From NCBI GenBank assembly GCA_950097015.1, contig CATNEN010000038.1:23126001-23190000 (forward strand): a DNA stretch of 64,000 bases. The letters are read 5' to 3'. The position numbers were made by a program, and so were the translations under genes. The notes under the pieces are model-generated. The model was not told the origin of the DNA. It saw only the letters and a program-made list of their open reading frames with translations, and did no database searches. Positions 27,601 through 38,970 of this stretch are shown here, one piece after another. The DNA comes from Macrostomum hystrix (taxonomy: Eukaryota; Animalia; Platyhelminthes). The first letter of the stretch is position 1. Each line of letters begins with the position of its first letter.

Positions 27601-30600
27601 CGCCACATTCCTCGAGACGGTGTTCCTAAGCGGCTCGATGCGAGTGAACCAAGAAGTGGACTCGATGGGAGCGTGCGAGATGCTGCTCATGTCTGACTCG
27701 ACAGTGCACTACAAAGAGGAGCTCGCCGTGGCCGAATGCGCCACCTTCCTCGAGACGGTGTTCCTGAGCGGCTCAATGCGAGTGAACCAAGAAGTGGACT
27801 CGATGGGAGCGTGCGAGATGCTGCTCATGTCTGACTCGACAGTGCACTACAAAGAGGAGCTCGCCGTGGCCGAATGCGCCACCTTCCTCGAGACGGTGTT
27901 CCTGAGCGGCTCAATGCGAGTGAACCAAGAAGTGGACTCGATGGGAGCGTGCGAGATGCTGCTCATGTCTGACTCGACAGTGCACTACAAAGAGGAACTC
28001 GCTGTGGCTGAATGCGCCACCTTCCTCGAGACGGTGTTCCTGAGCGGCTCAATGCGAGTGAACCAAAAAGTGGACTCGATGGGAGCGTGCGAGATGCTGC
28101 TCATGTCTGACTCGACAGTGCACTACAAAGAGGAGCTCGCTGTGGCCGAATGCGCCACATTCCTCGAGACGGTGTTCCTGAGCGGCTCGATGCGAGTGAA
28201 CCAAGAAGTGGACTCGATGGGAGCGTGCGAGATGCTGCTCATGTCCGACTCGACAGTGCACTACAAAGAGGAGCTCGCCGTGGCCGAATGCGCCACATTC
28301 CTCGAGACGGTGTTCCTGAGCGGCTCAATGCGAATGAACCAAGAAGTGGACTCGATGGGAGCGTGCGAGATGCTGCTCATGTATGACTCGACAGTGCACT
28401 ACAAAGAGGAGCTCGCTGTGGCCGAATGCGCCACATTCCTCGAGACGGTGTTCCTAAGCGGCTCAATGCGAGTGAACCAAGAAGTGGACTCGATGGGAGC
28501 GTTCGAGATGCTGCTCATGTCCGACTCGACAGTGCACTACAAAGAGGAGCTCGCTGTGGCCGATTGCGCCACCTTCGTTGAGATGGTTTTCCTCGACGGT
28601 GCGGCTCGAGCTGAAACGAAAGTCAAGGAAATGTCAGTGCAAGTACAGCAGGAAGTGGACTCGATGGGAGCGTGCGAGATGCTGCTCATGTCCGACTCGA
28701 CAGTGCACTACAAAGAGGAGCTCGCCGTGGCCGAATGCGCCACCTTCCTCGAGACGGTGTTCCTGAGCGGCTCGATGCGAGTGAACCAAGAAGTGGACTC
28801 GATGGGAGCGTGCGAGATGCTGCTCATGTCCGACTCGACAGTGCACTACAAAGAGGAGCTCGCTGTGGCCGAATGCGCCACATTCCTCGAGACGGTGTTC
28901 CTGAGCGGCTCGCTGCGAGTGAACCAAGAAGTGGACTCGATGGGAGCGTGCGAGATGCTGCTCATGTCTGACTCGACAGTGCACTACAAAGAGGAACTCG
29001 CTGTGGCTGAATGCGCCACCTTCCTCGAGACGGTGTTCCTAAGCGGCTCAATGCGAGTGAACCAAGAAGTGGACTCGATGGGAGCGTGCGAGATGCTGCT
29101 CATGTCTGACTCGACAGTGCACTACAAAGAGGAACTCGCTGTGGCTGAATGCGCCACCTTCCTCGAGACGGTGTTCCTGAGCGGCTCGATGCGAGTGAAC
29201 CAAGAAGTGGACTCGATGGGAGCGTGCGAGATGCTGCTCATGTCTGACTCGACAGTGCACTACAAAGAGGAGCTCGCTGTGGCCGAATGCGCCACATTCC
29301 TCGAGACGGTGTTCCTGAGCGGCTCGATGCGAGTGAACCAAGAAGTGGACTCGATGGGAGCGTGCGAGATGCTGCTCATGTCCGACTCGACAGTGCACTA
29401 CAAAGAGGAGCTCGCCGTGGCCGAATGCGCCACATTCCTCGAGAAGGTGTTCCTGAGCGGCTCAATGCGAGTGAACCAAGAAGTGGACTCGATGGGAGCG
29501 TGCGAGATGCTGCTCATGTCTGACTCGACAGTGCACTACAAAGAGGAGCTCGCTGTGGCCGAATGCGCCACATTCCTCGAGACGGTGTTCCTAAGCGGCT
29601 CAATGCGAGTGAACCAAGAAGTGGACTCGATGGGAGCGTTCGAGGTGCTGCTCATGTCCGACTCGACAGTGCACTACAAAGAGGAGCTCGCTGTGGCCGA
29701 TTGCGCCACCTTCGTTGAGATGGTTTTCCTCGACGGTGCGGCTCGAGCTGAAACGAAAGTCAAGGAAGCGTCAGTGCAAGTACAGCAGGAAGTGGACTCG
29801 ATGGGAGCGTGCGAGATGCTGCTCATGTCCGACTCGACAGTGCACTACAAAGAGGAGCTCGCTGTGGCCGAATGCGCCACATTCCTCGAGACGGTGTTCC
29901 TGAGCGGCTCGCTGCGAGTGAACCAAGAGGTGGACTCGATGGGAGCGTGCGAGATGCTGCTCATGTCTGACTCGACAGTGCACTACAAAGAGGAACTCGC
30001 TGTGGCTGAATGCGCCACCTTCCTCGAGACGGTGTTCCTGAGCGGCTCGATGCGAGTGAACCAAGAAGTGGACTCGATGGGAGCGTGCGAGATGCTGCTC
30101 ATGTCCGACTCGACAGTGCACTACAAAGAGGAGCTCGCTGTGGCCGAATGCGCCACCTTCGTTGAGATGGTTTTCCTCGACGGTGCGGCTCGAGCTGAAA
30201 CGAAAGTCAAGGAAATGTCAGTGCAAGTACAGCAGGAAGTGGACTCGATGGGAGCGTGCGAGATGCTGCTCATGTCCGACTCGACAGTGCACTACAAAGA
30301 GGAACTCGCCGTGGCCGAATGCGCCACCTTCCTCGAGACGGTGTTCCTGAGCGGCTCGATGCGAGTGAACCAAGAAGTGGACTCGATGGGAGCGTGCGAG
30401 ATGCTGCTCATGTCTGACTCGACAGTGCACTACAAAGAGGAGCTCGCTGTGGCCGAATGCGCCACATTCCTCGAGACGGTGTTCCTAAGCGGCTCAATGC
30501 GAGTGAACCAAGAAGTGGACTCGATGGGAGCGTGCGAGGTGCTGCTCATGTCCGACTCGACAGTGCACTACAAAGAGGAGCTCGCTGTGGCCGATTGCGC

Positions 30601-32254
30601 CACCTTCGTTGAGATGGTTTTCCTCGACGGTGCGGCTCGAGCTGAAACGAAAGTCAAGGAAGCGTCAGTGCAAGTACAGCAGGAAGTGGACTCGATGGGA
30701 GCGTGCGAGATGCTGCTCATGTCCGACTCGACAGTGCACTACAAAGAGGAGCTCGCTGTGGCCGAATGCGCCACATTCCTCGAGACGGTGTTCCTGAGCG
30801 GCTCGCTGCGAGTGAACCAAGAGGTGGACTCGATGGGAGCGTGCGAGATGCTGCTCATGTCTGACTCGACAGTGCACTACAAAGAGGAACTCGCTGTGGC
30901 TGAATGCGCCACCTTCCTCGAGACGGTGTTCCTGAGCGGCTCGATGCGAGTGAACCAAGAAGTGGACTCGATGGGAGCGTGCGAGATGCTGCTCATGTCC
31001 GACTCGACAGTGCACTACAAAGAGGAGCTCGCCGTGGCCGAATGCGCCACATTCCTCGAGACGGTGTTCCTGAGCGGCTCAATGCGAATGAACCAAGAAG
31101 TGGACTCGATGGGAGCGTGCGAGATGCTGCTCATGTATGACTCGACAGTGCACTACAAAGAGGAGCTCGCTGTGGCCGAATGCGCCACATTCCTCGAGAC
31201 GGTGTTCCTAAGCGGCTCAATGCGAGTGAACCAAGAAGTGGACTCGATGGGAGCGTTCGAGATGCTGCTCATGTCCGACTCGACAGTGCACTACAAAGAG
31301 GAGCTCGCTGTGGCCGATTGCGCCACCTTCGTTGAGATGGTTTTCCTCGACGGTGCGGCTCGAGCTGAAACGAAAGTCAAGGAAATGTCAGTGCAAGTAC
31401 AGCAGGAAGTGGACTCGATGGGAGCGTGCGAGATGCTGCTTATGTCCGACTCGACAGTGCACTACAAAGAGGAGCTCGCCGTGGCCGAATGCGCCACCTT
31501 CCTCGAGACGGTGTTCCTGAGCGGCTCGATGCGAGTGAACCAAGAAGTGGACTCGATGGGAGCGTGCGAGATGCTGCTCATGTCCGACTCGACAGTGCAC
31601 TACAAAGAGGAGCTCGCTGTGGCCGAATGCGCCACATTCCTCGAGACGGTGTTCCTGAGCGGCTCGCTGCGAGTGAACCAAGAAGTGGACTCGATGGGAG
31701 CGTGCGAGATGCTGCTCATGTCTGACTCGACAGTGCACTACAAAGAGGAACTCGCTGTGGCTGAATGCGCCACCTTCCTCGAGACGGTGTTCCTGAGCGG
31801 CTCGATGCGAGTGAACCAAGAAGTGGACTCGATGGGAGCGTGCGAGATGCTGCTCATGTCTGACTCGACAGTGCACTACAAAGAGGAACTCGCTGTGGCT
31901 GAATGCGCCACCTTCCTCGAGACGGTGTTCCTGAGCGGCTCGATGCGAGTGAACCAAGAAGTGGACTCGATGGGAATTTGCGCTTTGATTCGCACGGAGG
32001 ACTCTTCTATTAAGTACAAGGAAGTTTTTCCGGTTGTTGATACCTCAGTGTCTAAGGAGATTTGTGTTTTAGATGGCTCGTTTAGTGTTAGTCAGGCTGT
32101 CGAATCTTTGTCGTTCTGTATGGAAATTCCTGTTGGAAATTCGTCAATTTCTTCTTTCAAGGCTGCTCTGGATTTTTCGATGCAAGTTTCGCAAGAAGTT
32201 TATGCTACTGGACTTCTTATTGAGGAGCAAATCTTTATTACTCCTTTCGACTAG
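3670..32254 (+). CDS. Giant plakin-domain protein with a repetitive C-terminal tail (9 coding exons, ~6,870 aa if the frameshift is corrected)
   Basis: Phase-consistent GT-AG exons: 3670-4062, 4793-5017, 5105-5251, 6120-6274, 6721-6832, 7637-7784, 7885(or 7888)-8068, 12129-12255, 13129-32254. The peptides QTWEWVSRLGELTQLHLKNAADYHSFYHDANE, SKSHSIVPL and VTVLDNSHSFNWIIEKADGTKMEVPSICIWLPPPDTEAVE match the plectin/desmoplakin/dystonin spectrin-repeat plus SH3 segment (QTQWSW...HLKENAAYFQFF; WKV...VPSVCFLVPPPNQEA). Further upstream exons cannot be excluded. Confidence 0.85.
4277..4540 (+). mobile_element. SINE family 1 copy with internal deletions (intron 1)
   Basis: A-box-like tggcagagcgg, B-box-like gagctcgattcc, the family hairpin cctgaagatgagaaagttagggcag, and an (att)n-like tail. 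Confidence 0.65.
4555..4736 (+). mobile_element. tRNA-derived CORE-like SINE, family 2
   Basis: B box ggttcgattcc followed by ttgtgtactttagcaagacactcaact...cattgcttcagttcatccagccggtaaatg, resembling the MIR/CORE domain (tgtgaccttgggcaagttacttaac...gcctcagtttcctcatctgtaaaatgg). A second copy lies at 6320. Confidence 0.7.
5468..5750 (+). mobile_element. SINE family 1 copy (intron 3)
   Basis: gagctcgattcc B-box and a body matching the other family-1 copies. Confidence 0.75.
6320..6562 (+). mobile_element. CORE-like SINE family 2 copy followed by a long hairpin (intron 4)
   Basis: ggttcgattctc B-box and ttgtgtcctttagccagacatttaa...cattgcttcagttcacccagctgtttaatgggtac CORE-like block. An inverted copy of the family-2 head lies at 6588-6660. 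Confidence 0.7.
6885..7532. repeat. 20-bp minisatellite tctaacaggatttctttcta, ~32 copies (intron 5)
   Basis: Direct reading; the period divides the 60-nt lines. Confidence 0.95.
8118..11946. repeat. 23-bp (and 22-bp variant) minisatellite caggtgctgggtagacttctgaa, ~165 copies, with a 1127-bp higher-order duplication (intron 7)
   Basis: Direct reading. Identical spurious ORFs at 9148 and 10275 show the 1127-bp offset. Confidence 0.95.
12525..12885 (-). mobile_element. SINE family 1, near full-length copy (intron 8)
   Basis: The minus strand begins ggggagtgagTAGCTGAGCGGtctaacgtgtctgcctcttgcaccaaggtccctGAGCTCGATT (A and B boxes) and ends in an AT-rich (att)n tail. Confidence 0.8.
13129..32254 (+). 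CDS. Giant terminal exon (~19.1 kb) of the plakin-domain gene; ORF-track pieces 13222-24282 and 24284-32254
   Basis: Acceptor ccaactctag|GAA at 13128/13129 is phase 0 with the exon-8 donor CAC|gtaagg. The frame is open except for one +1 nt at ~24265. Stop TAG at 32252-32254. Confidence 0.85.
15496..18402 (+). repeat. Coding tandem repeat type A: 171 bp / 57 aa, 17 copies (ETAFLEGTVKVETKVSDASVKVSQAVSELGVFEEVHVAQGSMYFKEQLEVAECATFL)
   Basis: Seen in the translation and the DNA. More diverged precursors lie at ~14440-15495. Confidence 0.95.
18403..31975 (+). repeat. Coding tandem repeat type B: interleaved 138-bp/46-aa and 171-bp/57-aa units, roughly 90 copies
   Basis: Short unit ETVFLSGSMRVNQEVDSMGACEMLLMSDSTVHYKEELAVAECATFL. 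The long unit replaces the first module with EMVFLDGAARAETKVKEASVQV, adding 11 aa. Confidence 0.95.
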
Positions 32255-33188
32255 ACTTTCGACATATTCTGGAACGTTTGGACTGAAATAAGGAGCTCGT
32301 GCTGTGAATATTATCTGAAGTTATTAGCTAGTGGTTTTGTAGTTGTTGACTTTTTATTTACCTTATTACGAGTACTACATTTTATTGCTTTTGCCTCTTT
32401 TTTAAATAATGGCTAACATATTGTTTCCCTTCGTAATTTACTCCTAACTATAAAATTTCGCGAAATTAGAACCGCTAATCCAAAAAATGATCCTAATTAG
32501 CGTTTTGTTTATTTTAACAATTTTTTATTAACTATTGTGCCTTTCATGAATATCCATTCATCCAATGTGATCTATAGCGTTTTTTCCCTCGACCTAATTG
32601 ACAAAGACTGCCCGCTTTTAAGATTTGCTTTCTAACACACAAAGAAGCATAAACATGGCTTTCGGTATTGACTTCTCTTGTCTCTGTTTTTATAAGAGTA
32701 TCACTAAAAATTGTAGCTATTCTAAATGATATTTTTAAATTTTTGTCTTAAATCTAATTATTATACTCAAGCAACGACTTGCTGGATTTTTAGGTCAATG
32801 GTTTGCGGTACACTGATATAAACTGCAGTGTAATGGAATTAACATCTACGCGATAAAGAAAGGATAATTTTTGTCTTTTCTTCTCTTTCTTATTCAGTAA
32901 AAAACATTTTGTCGCAGTTAAGTGCATGAAGTGGAAATATTTGCAGTTCAAAAAACTACAGCAAGCTTGCTATATACTATAAATTTCATGTGTTATATGA
33001 TAGTAGGTTGCTACTTCAGTACATTATAACTATGAACGTTGATTTGACCCACGAAACTACATGTAGAGCTTATAGGAAGAAGTTAGGGACAGTGTGAAAA
33101 CTTTTTTTACGGGTTTACATGCATAAATTGAAAAAAAGAACATTTTTATATGTGCATGCAGTATGCACCTTTGTAAAAGAAAAGTACA

Positions 33189-36100
33189 ATGGCAACAAAA
33201 ACAAGCGACGACAATACACAATGTTAGTAAAAGATAAAAACGCAGTCTCGCAGATCGCGCAGGGGCCTGCATGCATAGTAAGCAGCAGCACAAGTCCGCG
33301 CCGGTGTCCTACGGAAGAGCTGTTGCCGCTGTGCGCCAGCTGGAGTCGCCGACGACGCGTAGTAGTATGGTAGATTTGGCACAGGCAAAATTACTGTTTT
33401 GCCAATGTGAAGATTTTTGTGTTACTTACAACAGTTCAAGAATATTTTACGATCATGGCAGTTTAAATTAGTACAAAAAAGAAAACGAGCATTTGAACGA
33501 AACTAATAAATTAATTTGTGAGTAAATAAGGTCATCGGAATACAAGTTCACCTCTGGCCTCTATATCCTGCCGAAGATAAGGATTAAAGCGATATGTTGG
33601 ATAGAAAACTAGAAGAAAAAACACTAGTAGAACAAAGTTTCGACGCAAGAACCAAGAAATTTGTTTGAAAGTTTGAAAAAAGTAGTAAGGTGTGACGGTG
33701 TCACATTATATATTCTCTTATTTTGTTATACTCCAACATTTCGTCGAAATGATAGCTATATTTAAATCCAGACTTATACTTTTCTAGATTTGTTTACTTA
33801 TTAATTGTCTTCTCAGAAACAAACTTACCGCTTTTTAACGCATCAGAACTTTGCTGATATAACCCGTTTTTTTCGAGATGTGGTAGCCTAGTAAGTATGG
33901 TAGAATCTGCTGCTGCTAAAAGTCACTGATTCAGCTGCTTCAGATGTGCAGTTATTTTAGCTACAGCTACTAGGCCTACTAGTTATTCACTCCCCAGTGG
34001 TCAAAGCAACCAGATTAATTGATCATAATGTTTTAAATGAAAGTCTATAGCTCTAGCATACCTAACATCAGTCACCTGCCCTCTTAAGTCATAAGTTATA
34101 AAAACAACAGAGCATGTTTTTTGCAAAATTATTTTTGTGTACATTCTTATCAAGTTAAATAGGGATTAAACTGAGTGTCATTGCCAGTGACAGTGACATG
34201 CCAATGCCATAAGTGACCCAAATCATTATCAATTTATATGTGAGGTAGTATCTGTTAGGCAAAGATTTATGTTATATATATCAAAATTTCTTTGTTGTAT
34301 TGGGAAGATCTTGACTATGTTTATAATAGGGGCCTAGTTTCCTTTGTTTTAGTAAGACTTAATCAATTTTAATCCCATAATGACATCTTACCTAAGAACC
34401 CATACAACATGCAATAGGACATAATGGGACTACCAAAGACTCAAGTAAACATTAAAAAATATTTACTGCTGTTTTTTTATATTGTTTTAAGAAATTATGA
34501 TAGGAATCAGATATAAAAATATATATGTGGCAATCCTCTAGTTTATCAGGTTTATTTTTTCACAAAGGATAACAAATTTCTTAGCTACTACCAATAAATT
34601 TTGAATTTAAGTGAGTTTTCAAATAATGTGGCAGTGCATGGCTATGTCTATGGCCAAAACCAAAGAAAAAAAAGAAAAAAGAAAAGCAGACCATCACTAG
34701 AACAAAAAGGAGATTGTATTCTTGCCTTGTTAGCTTGCCTTGCTTTGTTACATTTAGGCTTTGGTATTATTATATCCCTAGTGGCATACTACTAAACATT
34801 TTTAAGCTCAGTACTATGAGATCTGTTGCATTGATTCTTAGAAATGGTAGCTAGGCCTAATTTAAAAAATATTTTAACTCACATTTGTTTAGAACTTTAC
34901 ATTATTGATTTTGTAGTTAATCAACTAAAGTTAAAGTTTAAAGTTTATGACTCATTTTAAAGTTCTAGAAAAGTTAATAAATTTGATGCATTTTCCCGCT
35001 GAAAAAATTAGCTGCTTCTTTGGCTGCTTCTGCCCGGAAGCACCAATGCTTCCACAAAAAAGCAGCTGAATGTGGGAAGCATAGCAATTTGATGCTTCTT
35101 AACTTGGAAGCACTGGAAGGAAGCAGCCAAATATGGGAAGCTTTATTCTTGCCTTATCTTGCCTTGTCTTGTCTCGTCTTGAAAGTTCTTATTCTAATAT
35201 AAATATAAAGCGTAAGTGGCGTATTCATGTTACTTTATGCCCATTTATAACGACTTTTGAGTTGTGTTCTTTCTTCTGAATTCAAATAGAAGTATATATG
35301 AATTCAGCTAGTGGAGGGGCGAGGCAGGTGAAACAGGCAAAGAATATGAAGGAGACCAGGCAGGCGACACAGGTAGCTTCGACGAAAGCTGCGGCTGCAT
35401 CCAACTGGCAGTGCGCTGCAGACCTGTTGTTGACCACTGCTTTTTGCGGACACTGTCGAAGAACAACCAGCTGTCCGATGACCCAAAGTATGAGGTCGTC
35501 CCACTAGAACTATTATGAACACTGATCCCAGCATGGCGGAATTTTTTAGGATTTGAGTAGCAGGACTCTTCGCTGTGTATTATGAATTATTGATTAGAGA
35601 TGTGGAGGGATAGGGATAGGAATATTCTAAGTTAGGGATTTAGTGTTAAAATAATATATAGTGGCATTTTTACAATAAAAATAGTAGAATACATCATGAT
35701 AAATATGCAGTCAGATTGCCACGGCAGTGATCGAAAACAATTTTGGTTCAGAAAACATTTTTCATGTGCCGCCTTTCTGTCTGCATTTTCTCTGCAATGT
35801 CTGCTGAGCTAACATGGGTTATCCAGGATTGGTCGACACTAAACCGACTGTCTTAGAAAGATTACATTCATATACATTAGTTAGTTACATGTATACATAC
35901 ATAGGTACAATAGAAGCAAAATTTTTAGCTGCTTATAATATTAGCTGTCTATAATTGGAAGCAGACAAGGAAGCACCACTAAGAAAGCATCACTTCAAAA
36001 CTATTCAGCTGCTTCTTTGGCTGCTTCTTTTACACTGCCGAGATAGGGCACCAATTTGGCTGCTTCTGGCCAAACTGTGCGCCGAAAAAGCAGCCCATTT

Positions 36101-38928
36101 TTTACATGTTTGACATAACAGACAGAATTTGATTACACTTTTTGAACTTTGAAATTAGTATGGTAGATTGGTGACAAAAACCATGCAGATTTTGTGTAAA
36201 ACACTTACATAAATGTAGTAAAATCTGCTAACTAAAAACAATGTCAGTTAGCTCAGTGGCATTACACAGCATCTGCAGCTTAATGTTTTTCTAGATTGAT
36301 GATTTGCCACATAAAAATTCTAACATATTGGATATAGTTAAACAGCTAAATCTGTTAGCCACTTGACAAAATATATATCCAGCAATAAATTGTGTGAGCC
36401 CTGATTTCCTTGATTGCACTGAAATGCACTGCATTTCTTGATCTTTCTGCACTATAAGAAATGAATGTTTTTTACCTTTTTAGGCCTAATTTAACATTTC
36501 TGCTAAATTAGGTCAACATTATAAATTAAAGTCACTTTATCTGCATATCAAATTATAAAGTCAGTATTTGATAATTTTCACAATAATTGACACTTAAAAA
36601 GAATTCTAATATATACAAAAATTTCAGTCTGAATCAATAATTAATTTGCCAATAGTGCGCGGGTCGGGTGGTCGACTTCCAGGACTGCCAGATGAACTGG
36701 ATTGGTCTGGCGAGTTCTGCTTTGTCCAGGCAGCTGATACACAGTTCGGCCTGATCAGCAGGTGTGTTCTACATTATCTTATTAATTGATTAAGTGATAA
36801 ATGAATTAAGCAATGCTCCCTTATCTGTAATTCTCCTAAATCCTCAATACTTTATTTATTTATTTGCCTGGGGGGCCTGGGGCACTTGACGCACAAACAT
36901 CGAAAAGGCATGCCACCATGCCGGCGAACTAGGCGGGAGTCGCCCATCGCGCCATCTGGACCCCTGGACACAGGCACCTCACACACGGCAGCAAGCCAAG
37001 CTGGGAAGGGGCGGCAGCCGGAGTGCCTCTCACCCCAGGCCCGCACACGCACAGATCAGACCAAACCAGGGGAGGAATTAGATGCCTGAAGAGTAGGGAC
37101 CAGAGTACACATTGGTGCACACCCGCCCCACTCCCCATACAACGCCTCACACCCGGCCCAACGCCACTAGTAGGCATGCAGAAGGCAGGGGGTTAAGCTA
37201 TTTTAAATTAGCTTTGGTTGCACAGAATTGTCTCCGCAAGTCACTACTTCGCAAACCTCCAACTAAGCTCCGAAATAATCGTGACTTGGAGGGAGGAACG
37301 AACCAGCGACCATTGGAAAGAGAGGCAGCGACTGTAAGCCGATGACACACTCACCCCAAATCCTCAATACAACTCCTTAATACTCCCAGATCCTCAATTC
37401 TTCCAGATCCTCAATACTCCCAGATTCGCAATACTCCCAGATCCTAAATTCTTCCCAGATCCTCTATTCTCCCAAATCCCTATTGCTCCCAGATCTCCAA
37501 TGCTTTATCTGTGATCATATTGACTGTCAAACTTCATCACATTCAATCACATTCATTTAAAGGTTCATTGATAAGCTAAAACCTGATTCGGATTCGGCGT
37601 CAAGCAACCAAGACATTATCAAGGAGGTGCACCTTGCCCGCCGGCTAGTTAGCCAAGTCAACGCAATGTCACCATTGCCTCGATTCCTTATTATCTGCGG
37701 CGACATGATCGACGCTTTCCCATTGGCTGATGCTGAGGATTACAACAAATTGAAGCGTCGCAAGCGTCAGCTAGCAGCATTTGCCGACTGTTTCAGGCGT
37801 CTAAGGCCCGGAATACCGCTTGTGTGCGTCTGCGGCAATCACGATATCGGCGATGTGCCCACGCCTGAGACGGTGAGGGGAGAGAGCACTTAGCTGTGCC
37901 AGTTTAGGGATTGTTTGATGTGTGCGGCTGCTGGGGGGACATTTGGTTCTCTGCTGCTGGGGCATTGGTTCTCTGCTGCTGGGGCATTGGTTCTCTGCTG
38001 CTGGGGCATTGGTTCTCTGCTGCTGGGGCATTGGTTCTCTGCTGCTGGGGCATTGGTTCTCTGTTGCTGGGGCATTGGTTCTCTGCTGCTGGGGCATTGG
38101 TTCTCTGCTGCTGGGGCATTGGTTCTCTGTTGCTGGGGCATTGGTTCTCTGTTGCTGGGGCATTGGTTCTCTGTTGCTGGGGCATTGGTTCTCTGTTGCT
38201 GGGGCATTGGTTCTCTGTTGCTGGGGCATTGGTTCTCACTGCTGTTTCGGATTGGTTCTCTTTTGCACAATTTTACCAGTTATCGGTTGGTAACGGGAGA
38301 ACTGAAATCCTGCTTAAAAAACATGCGCGACTTGGTGTACTGATGAGTAGTGTATCTAGAATGTAGATGTATATTTTCAATTGTTTTCATCCAGGTGGCA
38401 ATTTACCGCGATACCTGGGGCGAGGATTACTTTGAATTCTGGATAGGAGGATGCCAAATGCTTGTCCTGAACTCTCAGTATTACGTAGACTCAAGCCGTG
38501 TTGAATCCGATAGAGCAGCTATGGACGCCTGGCTGGCTAATAGTTTGAAGCGCGGCACTCCAACGCATCGCTTAGTGTTTATGCACATTCCGCCATTTGT
38601 AGCAGATGCGGAAACTGATCCTGACGGTTATTTCAATTTGTCACTGTTGGAACGTAGAAAACTGTTAGACGCTTGCGTTGAAGCCGGTGTATCTGGCGTA
38701 TTCTGCGGCCATTATCATCGCAATGCGGGCGGTTTGTATCGGAATAAACTGCCTGTCATTGTCACTTCAGCTATTGGCGCTCAGATTGGCGACGATCGGC
38801 ACGGCTATCGGTTGGTAACGGTTGCTAAGGACGCTATTCGGCATTCCTACGTTGAATTGGAATGCGCGCCAGTGAATTTACCGAATGGCCCCGACGCTTG
38901 TGAAGCTTGCGTTGGTATTGACGATTAA
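33189..38928 (+). CDS. CPPED1: Calcineurin-like metallophosphoesterase CPPED1 homolog
   Basis: Exons 36656-36761, 37563-37872 and 38395-38928 are phase-consistent, with a tentative first exon at 33189-33222 (MATKTSDDNTQ, donor gttagt). Motifs WSGEFCFVQAADTQFG, CGDMID, CGNHDIGDVPT, WGEDYFEFW, HIPPF, GHYHRNAGG and TSAIGAQIG match human CPPED1. Confidence 0.9.
36851..37357 (-). mobile_element. Full-length tRNA-derived SINE, family 3, with (TAAA)n tail and 13-bp TSD
   Basis: The minus strand starts ggggtgagtgtgtcatcgg...GGTTCGTTCC and ends caggcaaataaataaataaa. It is flanked by direct repeats aaatcctcaatac at 36838-36850 and 37358-37370. Confidence 0.75.
37358..37500. repeat. 17-bp minisatellite tactcccagatcctcaa (degenerate, ~8 copies)
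   Basis: Same unit as the array at 40813-41500. Confidence 0.8.
37943..38238. repeat. 22-bp minisatellite ggttctctgctgctggggcatt, ~13 copies (CPPED1 intron)
   Basis: Direct reading. Confidence 0.95.
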
Positions 38929-38970
38929 CAGTAAGGACTATTGAGCCATTCTGCCGCCTGTTATATACGA

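Noticed and set aside
18498-31957. Dozens of short alternative-frame and antisense ORFs (MRWFSST..., MHCRVGH..., MRDAAHV...)
   Set aside because: They are shadows of the coding repeat, and synonymous changes in the main frame break them.
34985-36100. Recurring gctgcttct/gaagca motifs and ORF-like fragments upstream of CPPED1 exon 36656
   Set aside because: Probably a decayed transposon, but no termini or recognisable protein motif could be established.
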